A DNA stretch of 61,445 nucleotides, counting the filler, from Basidiobolus ranarum (lineage: Eukaryota): assembly GCA_040143965.1 (NCBI GenBank). It is 5 parts of 5 records of this genome, joined end to end, with 100 filler letters (N's around TTAATTAATTAA, not from the genome) between each part and the next. Parts side by side here need not be neighbours in the genome. Positions count along the whole stretch, not along the records: positions 1 to 12,247 come from JASJQH010000557.1; 4 more parts are not named here. The stretch is one strand, 5' to 3'. This document shows, in pieces, positions 1-12,347 of the stretch. The position numbers and the translations under genes were made by a program. How positions within the stretch are numbered: the stretch's first letter is position 1; every line of letters begins with the position of its first letter. A model generated the notes under the pieces. It was not told the DNA's origin. It saw only the letters and a program-made list of their open reading frames with translations, and ran no database searches.

Positions 1-29
1 AATACAACAAGACATGTCACCCGTCAATA

Positions 30-1700
30 AACGTACGAAAGTTTTACGTTACGAATCCAATCCACATTCGGGATATATTGACCCACACAATCAACAGACA
101 AAACCAATTGAATCCAATAGAATCTCCGCAGCAGAGGGTCAAGAACCGTTAGGCTTGATCTTTGGAACACTTAGTCCACCAGAGAGTGAAACTGAAGGTT
201 ACATTGATCACACGCACAGTAAATCCACCTCAACACGTGGATATGCTGAATCGGCCCCCACGCCCACACGATACAACAATGAAGGCAATCGATTTTCTTA
301 CTCGAATACCAAGCAAATACTGTCTTGAGAATATCCCACGCAATTTCTCTTTAAATACCACTACTCGATTTACAATGCCTTCTTGAAGAAGAGTACACCG
401 TTACATATTTGACTTGTACTTTAAAATATCTTTATCCCTGCATCAACTGTTTCATTTTATCCTTCTTAATTTTTGTACACATATTCATGGGTTTTGATCT
501 TTCATTTTCACTTTTTGTATCTTGTAATATGTCACCATCTAATCCTTTGAACCTCCCAATTCGTACTTTGGTTTCCATACGTATTGATGAAAGTAAAACT
601 TTTGGCCATATATCAAGTTTCATACATTTCACCATTAATATGAATGTTGATTCCATTCAAGCGTAACTCCCTTAGACTACCTAGGGATTGGTAATTCGAC
701 TGGAATACTCCAACCCACCAGGGGAAAATAAGCTGATACATTGGTTGATGATCAGATGATGCTGGGATACGGTTATGTGGGACGAATTAAACGATATGAA
801 CTATATTTGGCTAAAGGATGGTGTTAATCACAATCACCTGAATCCATTTTACGGGATATTCAGTTCCATTCCATCTGCATCTAAGAATGTTGAGCAACGA
901 TCAGTCAGATGCTTCAATGGAATAGTAACCTTATTTTCAATCCACAAAGAGTTGAATGAATATGGTAAATTGGGGCGAAGGAGATCCTTCAGATTGGATA
1001 TCGATATCCATTGGGATGATCACCTTACTACCACTCTACGTCAACGGTCATCAAAGTACATGATCGTCCAAGCACATGAGTTACAGCCAAGAAGCATGGC
1101 CCCTAGTGGCGCAGATATAGGATATGATAAAGATCTTACGAGGCGAATTCTGCCGAAATCTAGCGCTACACTGTACGTAGAGCCAAACGAATGAATATTC
1201 ATCTATTAGTCAGGCTCGGGTTTAATTTGGCCCGGTCGACTGAACAAATAGTTCACGATTTTGGCCCATATCTGGAAGTACTGGCTTAGTTACCATGCTA
1301 GAGGTGGATTGGGAAATTACGGCGTGTCATTGGCTTGGCTTGTTGATAGCTTCCTCCCCTTTTACGTTCTCGTGGTTGATTTCCCAGAGTACAATGGATT
1401 GGTTGGAATGAACTAAAATACCTGATCCATATGGAAATCCACGTGCAATCATTTGTGATTAATATCGTCCTACATGACATGATTTATTTTCATTAGAAGT
1501 ATTCAGCTGAATATCTGTGGGCTACATACGAGAATTTCCAATATCAAGTCAAATAGGCAATGGTGTAACTTCATATCCACATAGAGCATATTCCACCCTT
1601 CTTGCTTGCCAAGACTGTCAGTATGTCGGCCACCACGGAATACTAAATGAATTTGATGAATGCAAATGGTCGATTCCCTTTAAGAGAGTACAGTGATGTA
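30..1700 (-). mobile_element. Heavily decayed Ty3/gypsy-like LTR retrotransposon pol remnant
   Basis: Minus-strand fragments occur in gypsy order with many stops and frameshifts: 'MLYVDMKLH' (~1565-1590, cf. RLCVDYRKLN), 'M*DDI' (1461-1475, cf. YLDDI), 'SMVTKPVLPD' (~1270-1300, cf. LTTAPVLAHPD) and 'LLRRFYW' (~115-135, integrase Zn-binding region). Confidence 0.4.
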
Positions 1701-4512
1701 AAGATCCGATACACTTATTAACTAACTCTAAGCTAGTCTTCTATAGAATCTAGTCAATTCCCGCATCTCCATAGTCAGTGCATGTCGCCGTCGTTGCCTC
1801 ATTCAAATGTACGCTTATCGAGAGGAATCTCTTGTGCTGCCAATATCACATGGGTCACCACAAAATGAATGCAATAAATGATTTCATTCATGACATCAAT
1901 GATTTTAGAAATTTTGTTTCAAAAAGTATTGTTTGGTATGATAATATTTACCTGAGTAATAATCGACGGGCATGCCATGAAAAATTTTTCTTAACCTATT
2001 GGTAATTCATGGATTTTTAATACTGGTTCCTTGAACCTATTTTCAATTTCAGAAAATTTATGGTCATTTGAAATGGCGGATTGGGCCCAATGGATTATAT
2101 TTGTTAAACAATGGTTTATCATTAGTCTGGTCGTATCTCATTGGTAAACTTGCAATCTCACTTCCGTAATTAGATCTGTGCTAATTGTCACTTATAATCT
2201 CTATAGGAATGGCGCATACGTAATGCCAAAGTCGCAGCCGAATGCAAAGAGTGACCAATATTGAACTCAGAAATAGTTAAATTTGCGAAACATCGTGACC
2301 TTTAGCATATATAGAGATATCCAACTAGGGAATAGCAATTAACTCGAATAACAAAGCTTTGGGCAAGGAACGAGCTGCTTGCAGTATATGTCACGCTCTT
2401 CATAAGTGGAAAATAGGTTAGTAAGCCTTGACGGAGCGATTATTCAGTTACAGACAAAGCATGCTTGTTTCGTAAATTAGGCTGGTTAATAAAGCGCATT
2501 AGAGGACCAAACTAGCCGTGTTACTAGCCGATGAGGAAATACTAAAGCACATAATCGGGAAGGCACTGCTCCTTAAACAATTAATGGACGCCTCATTTCC
2601 TTTTTTGTTTGATGTATCACTGTATTCATTCGTTTACTAAGCAGTCGTTTTGTTTCGTAGCGTCGTGTAATTTATGACTAAACCTTTGTCAACAATAAAT
2701 TCATCCCTAACGAAGTCTTTCTATGGGAAATCAAATATCGAGAATGAAAAGTTCGAGAAGGAACACAAATCAATGCAAGATGAATCTAGAAAATCGCATA
2801 TTACATGAACTGCCAATGTAATTGATCGTTGGTCAGAAAAGGTACTGGTGGAGAGAAAGGTACATACATTCCGCTTGTGGGTCATGGTCATTCTCTCCTC
2901 AAGAGCTAAACAGGATTGGTTGTTCATGATGCGGTGCACGATGAAAATGGACTCGTAATTAATATTTTGCCTTCTTTTGGAATTCTCTTGACCTAATATA
3001 GACTATATTCACTAAAAACTGCTGCTATACAGAGGATTGTATCCCTCTGTAATATTCATGCACCATAACATAAACATACACAACCTCTTTGTGCCTTCAT
3101 CAGTCAACTTCAGTGGTACTTGGTAATAAATTGTGTACGCGCATAAGTTGGGCTGATCTTAAACTTTAATGCTGAGTTAATATGCACCTGTACCCTGAGA
3201 TTCGCCTACTTTGGCTACTCTGAATTTACTGTAGTCAATCCTAAACCCGGTTAAAACATTGGTACAACATCACTATAATCAGGGGTATAGTGATGCGAAG
3301 TATTCAGAAAGAATCAGCGGGTTCAGCCCTAGTGCTACCTGGAGTTGGTATTGCCCCAGAAGGCATGCCAACCTAGTGGGGCATCGATTCATCCAATGAT
3401 TATCCGGTGCACTGTTTCAGTTATATTGGTAGCTGTGGTATATTTTGGTCGTATGGGGGTGCCTATTTTTAGTCAATTTCCCAGTGTAGCTTACCTGGAT
3501 ATCTAAAATCAATTAGAAGCAGCCTTTAGTAACCTTAAGCGGTCATACGAGTGATGTTTCGTGACATCACTCTCACAGTTATCCTGGTAACAACTCATAT
3601 CACTCGCATAGAATATGCACCAGGAAGGTCTTGACCAATATAGCTTTAATGCTATTGACCTGCTAGAAGCTCACTTCTGAATGCAAAGTCACTCAAATGT
3701 CACATAGTTATGCTATATATAGGACTTGGAGGCATTGAGTTGAATATCATCTGATTTAATTTAATGTGATACGAACCAGTTGACTTTGAGTCGCGAAGCA
3801 AGCTGCCTCCTATCACGCTCTTTTCTGCGGTTCGTCAAATCTACCGACTTCAAAACAACCCAGTATATTCACGAGAATAGCCCAGGTGAAAACTCCTTAA
3901 GACAATTAATGATTTACCTTAGTATATGTCAATACTATCAGCATGTCATATTTGACTAAATATGGATTCTATGGCACTACCTTGACCGATGACGATATTC
4001 GAAGCATTCCCATTTAGAAGTTATTGTAGTTAAAGTACCCAGGACACCCCTCTCATTTGAAGATTTTCAGGTGCAGAGTGCTCCATGAAAAACAAGAGTT
4101 GCATATCGCCCATAACACAGCACCTTCCACATACATGTTGAGGTAATACTCATTTTTACAAGGCTGGGAGAGCTTTAACTGATTCTTGGTACTTCAATCA
4201 TTAATAGTCATAACCAACGGTGAGGTTCCTCCACCGCCCAGTTTAGGCGAGTCTCCAATGTTTGTACAAAGAGCCAAGATACAGTTTATTTACGCTAACT
4301 TCTAAAAAATAGTAAGCATTAAGAGTATAACAACAATGTTTCTAAGCTTTATTGATCAGTCAATACTCTACTATTTCCCTTGGATATTAAGGAGTTCTTT
4401 GACAGATCCTGTACCAACAGTAAAATCACTATTGTGTAGAGAAGCATATATGTAGAAATTGGCTTCATATGGTTAGTTTGATGGTTGAGTGGTACTGCAT
4501 GAAAGATGTTAT

Positions 4513-5382
4513 TGTTGAAGTATTTTGGGAGTTTGTTGGAAGTGGTTTGGAGTGTTAAAGTATTTGGGAGCCTGTTGGACTAGAAGAATTGGTGGTTTTC
4601 ACTTACTGGTTCATTGAGTTAACATATAGTTGGGTAAATAAACAAATGTGTAGAATGTGTTAAGGAAAGGTCCCGGAACATGTGTGCAAAGTTTGGGGCC
4701 TCTAGGGCCAGTTTGAAAGATGTTTTAAGTAAATTCCTCTTGAGGTGATATCTTAGTTCAATATGTAATAACTAAATACTAAGCTATATAGGACTAAACA
4801 GATGTTTTGGCCATGTGAACTTCAACAATTTTGTGCAAAATATGTCAAAGTCAATGCTTCTTGAGATTAAAGTTGATACAAGCTACAACTTGTCTCAATA
4901 TACTTGATATACCTCGAGATTATCTTGTTAAGAAGCATTCATAAGACTCATTGGGCTGTAATAGAATATATAAACATTTGTTTCTAAGAAGAATCCTTCT
5001 GATGTCTTATAAGCAGTATTTACTGATTCCAAGTTTATATCTGAGAATTGAAGCTATGGCTGTTAAAGTATTTTGGGAGCCTGTTAGAAGTGGTTTGGAG
5101 AAATAGAGAAATTGGGGGTTTTCACTTATTGAGTAGAAAGTTGATACTTATAGTTTTGTCAAGATGTAAGCAACATAACGTATAGAATGTGTCAAGAAAA
5201 GTCCCATGAACATGTGTGCAAAGTATAGGGCTTCAAGCACAAGTTTGAAAAATCCATATATCTCAGAACTAAGAAAATTCCGATTGAGAATAATGGGTGA
5301 TTTCTTAGTTCAATATAGGATAACTAAATACTAAGCTATATATGACTATATAGGCGTTTAGGCAATGCAAATTTCAACAATG
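4513..5382. repeat. Diverged ~320-bp direct repeat pair (~4513-4830 and ~5061-5382)
   Basis: Both copies share the blocks tgttaaagtattt(t)gggagcctgtt, ggttttcactta, tagaatgtgt, gaacatgtgtgcaaagt, tcttagttcaatat, taactaaatactaagctatata and ttcaacaat, in the same order. Confidence 0.85.
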
Positions 5383-6035
5383 GCAATAGCTTTTTTGTGT
5401 TCAGCTTTAATATGAGTTACCTTGAGTTTTATTTGTCTTCCTGAACCCGAAGAGTGTTGATGTTACATAGTAATTTTTCTAAACTAGTATATGACATTCA
5501 GTGATGCAATTTGATTATTTAATATATTTCAGTCAATAATGAAATGGAATTTGATATCTAAAATGCACTTGGTGCATTGCTCGTCAAGAGCTTTATAATG
5601 AAATTAATATACTCTTCAAACCTATTGAAAAAGTGCAATCATCATTATTACTATCGGATATATGCAAAGTTATCTCCCAGAGTGGAATTTGTAGAGGTTC
5701 TGTGGTATATATATTGTTCATTTCACTTTGAGTTTTCATCTTCATTCTCTTTCATTTACTTCTATTCCTCAATATCTTTTGAATGAGAATTTTTCTCAAA
5801 CTAATGACTTTCTTTAAAACTATTCAAGTGACATTTCCCACTTTGTAGTCATCTTTCCATCAATTTTTAACCATAAAAATAAGATATATATGTTACGAAT
5901 TTAATCAAGAGCTCATAAAATTGTAACTTCACTTTACCGCGTGTTACACTAAAATGTTGTCAACAGCTATAAATTGTAAACACTATACAAAGACCACATA
6001 TTTTTCGATGCTTCGAGTATTTCCCATTTTGCAAT

Positions 6036-7123
6036 ATGGAAAATACTTCGAACCTATTAGTAATAGTCACGGGAGGTACAATCTTCCAGAAAGTCGATGT
6101 TAACGGGCAAATGGAGTTGTCAGTTAGCATTTCCGAACTTCTGACTTCCTTAACCACCCACTTTACAGAGCGAGTAAGCCCAATTGTTGTCGATTTAAAA
6201 TGTCGAAGTGGGGCTGAACTCACTTTCGAGACCATCTTCAAGGCTAGAGATGCTGTTCTTGAAAATCTTCAAACTGAAAAGGTTTCCTCTGCAGTTTTGA
6301 TTACTGGTACTGATACAATGGAAGAGTTTGCTTTCTGTATGGACTTGTGTTTAAGAAATTGGTTGATTGAAAATAAGAAATCCTTAGTAGTCACTGGATC
6401 TATGAAACCAGCTGATATCTTAGGCTACGATGGATTCTCTAATGTACACGGGGCCATTCAGGTAAAGTAATCCTTGACTTTGCCAATATGATATCTAGCC
6501 AGCAATGACTCAACTTTGAGTGTGTATGAACTTATTTTTAGGTTGCATTGGGAGAAAGTTCGAAAAATACAGGTGTTTTGTTATCCATTAACAATGACAT
6601 CCACTCGGCTTTATACGTTACCAAGAGTGATTCCCAACTCATCGGCTCTTTCAAGTCGGTTCCTGCTGGTCCAATAGGCCAGATACGGAGAGGAATTCCA
6701 CAATTTTATTATTCTTTACCTACTATACCACCAACAATTCATCACCCTTCCTTTCTCCACTTGAGTCATGAGAGAGTGACAAAGATACGTGTGGCTATTT
6801 GGATTATCACTGTATCCACCTTCATTCCAGAACAACTTTTAGAAAACGTAGATGGATTGATTTTAGCAGGTCCAGGTACTGGCTCCGTACCAAATTTACT
6901 CGTGGAACAACTGTCACCCAAATGGACCGAGAAAATTCCAATCGTTGTCGTGTCCAGGTGCTTCTCTGGAAATAATTTTGATGACCATTATTATCGAGGA
7001 AGTAAAACCAAGTTTACTTCCAAGAATTTTATTTTGGAAGAAGGCTTTGAGGATCTTAATGCCATACAAGCAAGAAATTTACTGTCGTTTAAATTAGCGG
7101 CTGGTTTATATGATCGTGCTTGA
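6036..7123 (+). CDS. L-asparaginase, ~335 aa, cytosolic, 2 exons (6036-6461, 6542-7123)
   Basis: Catalytic motifs TGGTI and GTDTMEE are present, plus VVTGSMKPAD..DG..N, VTKSDS (catalytic Lys) and GLILAGPGTGS. A phase-0 GT-AG intron at 6462-6541 joins the two ORFs in frame. Confidence 0.93.
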
Positions 7124-10100
7124 GTATGCCATCCCAGAACACCAACATGAGCAATGTAAAGTTGCTCATACTTCAAAATAGTACCATTTTGAAAGCCTTC
7201 AAACAATTTCTTGTTGGCTTCTAATAAATGAAATATTGAACTTTAAGATCATTTGAAATGGTGTATGATATCTATGTACCAGCTCAATATGGGGACAAGT
7301 TCTTCAATGACTATTTACTGAGCTTGACTCTCTTGTACAATACTTCTGTACAACCATATCTCAAGTCTGAAGGAATCCCACTGATAGAGCAACATGTGAG
7401 AAAGTAATTCGATGCTTTGAGACACAAACACTATGCATTCACTGAAATATGGTTGTTTGATCTTAAGGAAATGTCAACTTCCTAGGGAACTGAGAGTATT
7501 GCATTGTTGGATTTAGACGTTGTTATTTGTTCTTCAATATGTTCAGGTGTCTATACTTTATCCTCATGTCACACCAGCTTAGGATAATTGGTAAAGAGCA
7601 CAAGAAGTTAGGCGTCATAGGAATATGGATCAAAGAGTGAACTACGATCAAAGCATGAAGTATCGAAGCATAGGCTCGTCTCCAGATTTCTATATTCATA
7701 TCATCAACCTACAATTAGTTCCATAGCAATGAAAGAAGCTCAGATATGATCACAAAAGAAAGGGGGTTTGATAGAACATGTAAAATGAGAATAACATCAT
7801 AGATAAATCTGAATAACGGGGTTAATTGGGTTAGCGCTGACGGTAGTGAATCAAACTTCCGACGAATGTTTATATTTTGCAAATACCATATAGCTTGTCT
7901 TGACATAGATATTTACGATCATGCTTTTCAAATGATCACTTGCAATAACATGCATCTTATTGTACTCAATCTACATCTACTCCATCGTAGATTTCAAGGG
8001 TATCATCCTACTAAGAGCATGAGCTCTAGTGCTATCTAATTATATGGTACTATGTGAAGGTAGTTAACTTTGAATGGAAATGATGATTCGATTTGGGGCG
8101 TTGTCTATGGTACCTGTGGTTGTATTTGGTATATGAACAACAATCCATCCGGAAAATATACTCACCTGAAGTCTCTCAATCTATTCGTCGCTGATTGCAT
8201 CACTTACTGGTGGCTTGACCTTCGCTGCTATATATCAACTGAATGTGTAGAGAAGAGTACAATGAATAAAAATGTGAAGCGTTTTCAACTCCATGTTGCA
8301 GAGATTTGATGGAAACATCCAGAAGAAAAAGGCCCATTCGTGGTTGATTCCAGGTTTCATTGCGTAGATATTCTAATTTTAGTGCTGATGATTTTTATCT
8401 AGGCCGTATGACTAAGACCTTGGTTACGTCCAAAAATTATATATGAATCTAATTTAAACAGTTACCTCAAACTCTTTGGGCAGGATGAGCGGATAATCCA
8501 ATGGAACAAATGATGCAATGAAACTTGAAAATGGACTTAACACGCACACTTTTCATTGCTCCTGTTAGACCTGATTGAACTCTAGATACTGTAATTCCAG
8601 CACGTTTCTGCTAAAATTCTACCTTTTTTGTTAGTATTAAAATCCGTATTCACAGTAAATCTTTTGAAATGTATCCAATTTGGGTAATGTATCTTCATTG
8701 AAAATGTTGAATGCATCTTTGCAGAAGAATCCGGATATTTCAATCCGTGCTATCCGACAAGACCTCCCAGGAATTGGAAAGCCAGCTACGCGTATGGTGA
8801 TTGTCGAATTTTAACTGTAGAGTGGTGGAGCAGCATCCGTGCTAATTGTATTGCGAGTCAGGGATAATAACAATGTTCTGGAGATGCATGATGATGTGTA
8901 AGACTACTATACTGTTGAAAGGGACTGTGAACTCGAACTTACTATAATTCGGAGCTTTGATCCGCCAATGATTATCTGAAGAACAAACAGGCTCGGGATC
9001 CAAGATCCCATGAGCCCCATAACCTGAAATGACCTAGTAAGTAACATAGTAATATAAAATTAGATTCACTATGCAGGAGTGATGCCTGCACTTATTTGAT
9101 TCTAATACTCTATTATACAAAGCGAGGATTAACATACACGCAATGAATACCAGTCAAGTTACCACTGGACTTATTATACTTACCCACAGGTATTAACATC
9201 AACCATCCGTTTAAAGCTACGTTATTTACACGTGAACCAGGGTTGGCAATCTAATTGGCAGGATCCACTGGTTTCACATTCAACACAATTTCAAATCAAA
9301 CACTCCCTAAAACGTGCCCATCCCCAATAAATCCTGAAAAAGAAGCAGTATTTACCTAATTACATTGAAGAGAGCAAGGTGTCTTTAGCAATACAATGAC
9401 TGATGTTACTCAGTGGTATTTGGTTAATAAGGATCTCATTTCTCTGGAAAACTCCGATTAACGTTGGTTCAAGTTTTCCATGAAAGAGAATCTTCACTTG
9501 ATATGCCAATTACTTTGGTGATAAACCTCGAACTCTCAACTAAATGTACCACAGTCAAGATGGCCAATTCCGATAAATATGGAAACAGTTTTCTGGTGAA
9601 ACCAATATACAGGAAACATGGAATGGTGTGCTGCAATGCTTACAAATTTCTACTTTGGGCATGTGCAGTCTGTAATAAATCAGGAAGGAGCTCCTACTAC
9701 GATGTATCATGAATCACCACTTAAACCCCCGATCATTAGGCGCTTTGACTTCGAGGTCATGTGGGTCTCTGGGTTTTTCCAAATTACCGAGCATCTCCTA
9801 TCATAGCACTCAACTACTCGATATTTTTTATTTGCACCCAATATATATAGCGAGTTTTCTGATTACCAAACAAAGCACAATCCTTACAATGGGATATTTT
9901 TTCGTGTACTATAGATTTTAAAGTTTTTCAATTGGGAGTTTCAACGCGTAGTATTGGTCAAAGAATCACACTCATGAAGTCATTGAGATTGCCGAAAAGG
10001 AGTTTAAATTCATCGAAATCCAAACCTCATTAGGCCATATTTCCCCCAATGGTCTTCTATATAGGATAAGGACAATTAGCATTGGTTATACCAAGTCCTC

Positions 10101-11203
10101 CTCACCTCCCCCAACGCGAGCCCCTTTGGTGTGTCTATTTTTGTTTCAATATTAATTCCTGATTACCCAAACAAAATATTCAGATATCTTGCACCTTCGT
10201 CATCCTTGTTAAGGGGGAGATGTCTGTGCAAGATATGTTCATACAGATTGAGTAACACCTGAGCATACTAGTATTTTCCGACTACCAATGAACTTGCCAA
10301 AGCAACTTGACTAGTCCAGATTTAAGTTATCCGATGAAATAATACCATGACATCATCCCTTATGACATAAGCCCCCCCCGTAGCACCTGCGGGCAAAATG
10401 GTTGCTGGCTTGGGGATGTTGAAACCTGGAGAATACCAATTTGGAGCTAGTGAAGTATCCAGTCCAGAAGCTACAGCCCATCTAAAAAATTCTGCATCTG
10501 CTAGAGGCTTGTTCAACAAAGCTATGTATGTTGGAATGAATCATGCTGACCGCCAAGCATCTGCGGTGAGTAGCATGTGAATGGCTTGAGATTTGTTTTG
10601 TTTCCATGCAGCTGGTGCACCAAACGATTACTAAATTCAAGAAAACATCTCAAACCACTAGACCCAGACGAGATTTGGGGAATGTAGTTGCTTGAGGTCA
10701 GAGGCCATTGCCCCTCATTCTTGTTTGATGGGAATTACGTCATATGCGGCCTTGTATTGGCTGTCAAGAGTTGTGTGTTCAAAAGTAATCATCATTTCCA
10801 GTGTCATGAATCACCAGTCTTACGGCGTACAGGATCTCAATGTAGCATCAGTGAGTAACGAAAGCTTTACGAGGATATTTGCATTCATATAGAATATGAT
10901 TTATTGGATACAAACCAATTGCATGATATATGAAAAAAAGAATCGAAAAGGAATATGATGATTCATCCATCTTCGTTTAAATTTCAAAATCCAATTTGAT
11001 TAACTATGTACAAACAAGTAATATGGAGATGTATCGTATGCTGAAATTATCGATTTTGGAGTCTCTATAGATATATCGACAAGTAATATTCCTCTAGACA
11101 GACTTGGTAGCTGGTGCTGGTAATATCAAGAGATCAACTTTGATTAAATAAACTGCTTCCAACATTCTGTGGGGATTTTGCTTTTTGGAAGTAGGAGTCC
11201 AAA

Positions 11204-11909
11204 TCATAGAGCTACTACACTGTGGGCTACAGAAGGTTTAGATACCTTCTCAGCCCAGCTCTCCTCCAGTGGCGTAAAGGTAAGGCTAGTTGGCGTAAGA
11301 AGCCCAGGAGTAGAGGTAGCTGTTATCGAAACGGAAGATAAAGTTAATGGAAGCCTAATGGAGAGAGGTTCCACTTTTGTCTCGTGTTCGACTTCATGAT
11401 ATCCCGTTTGATGTTTCTTTAATGTGGTTTTACGTGTAAATCTTTTACCACAATTGGGAGCTGTGCATTCATATGGCTTTTTACCAGTGTGTGACCGTTT
11501 GTGTCTCGCTAGGGACGATGACTAGTTCAGAATTTATGGTTAGTTCTCAGTTCAAAGCGTAGATGAAAATTTCCAATGATGTTATGCTTACATCACTAAA
11601 AGATTTAAAACAATTTGGATAATCGCAGGCATGTGGACGCTCACCAGTGTGTGTGCGATAATGAATTGCCAAGGCGGAGCGCTGAATAAAAGTCTTTCCA
11701 CAATATTCCCAATCACAAAGATAGGGACGCTCACCCGTATGGATTTTTTCATGCCGAGAGAGGTCGGATTTTCTCGAGAAAGTTTTACCGCATTCGGGCA
11801 AATAGCAAGCGTAGACTTTCCGTCTATCTTGTATAGAGCAAACACCAGTAGTGACCAAGGCACAAGGTTGGTCCGTGTTCGCAGGGTTCAATAAGAGTCT
11901 GATATCCAT
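11204..11909 (-). CDS. C2H2 zinc-finger transcription factor, 4 fingers, ~211 aa (exons 11909-11592, 11521-11204)
   Basis: Starts MDIRLLLNP. Four C2H2 fingers with HTGERP/HTGKKP linkers. A phase-0 GTAAGC...CTAG intron splits finger 3 (FSD|SSSLARH). Confidence 0.9.
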
Positions 11910-12247
11910 CCCTAACCAATGTCGAAAAAAAATAAGGACGAAAATGCGTAAAAAAATAGACAAATCTGTGAATTTGACTTGAAAGATGTGGTAGCTAGTC
12001 GCACCTTATATACATACGCTTAGATCCACGAGATCAGATCTGCTGCTAAGATCGAGGCAGCTAGCTGCCTTTCACAAAGCTGCATTTGGTCTTTCTGTTT
12101 TCGTAATATTTCACAATCGGAAGTCTGGTGCAATGGGTTTACTCACTGGCCATACAAAGCGAGGAGCTCTTGTGTATGGTATGGGAGGCATATTTGAAAG
12201 CAGGCCGAGTTCAATATTTGAGTGCCAGTCGGCACCGTGGCCCAGGG

Positions 12248-12347
12248 NNNNNNNNNNNNNNNNNNNNNNNNNNNNNNNNNNNNNNNNNNNNTTAATTAAT
12301 TAANNNNNNNNNNNNNNNNNNNNNNNNNNNNNNNNNNNNNNNNNNNN
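12248..12347. other. Assembly gap / contig linker (N44-TTAATTAATTAA-N44)
   Basis: 100-bp N run with a central 12-mer that gives stops in all six frames. Confidence 0.98.

Noticed and set aside
3279..3360. QGYSDAK as a copia RNase H start
   Set aside because: The expected downstream STSG/ISW.SKKQ motifs are not convincing, and the sequence is part of a hairpin.
12292..12303. TTAATTAATTAA palindrome recurring every ~12.3 kb as a biological periodic repeat
   Set aside because: It is an artificial linker embedded in N runs, and the periodicity reflects size-sorted contigs.
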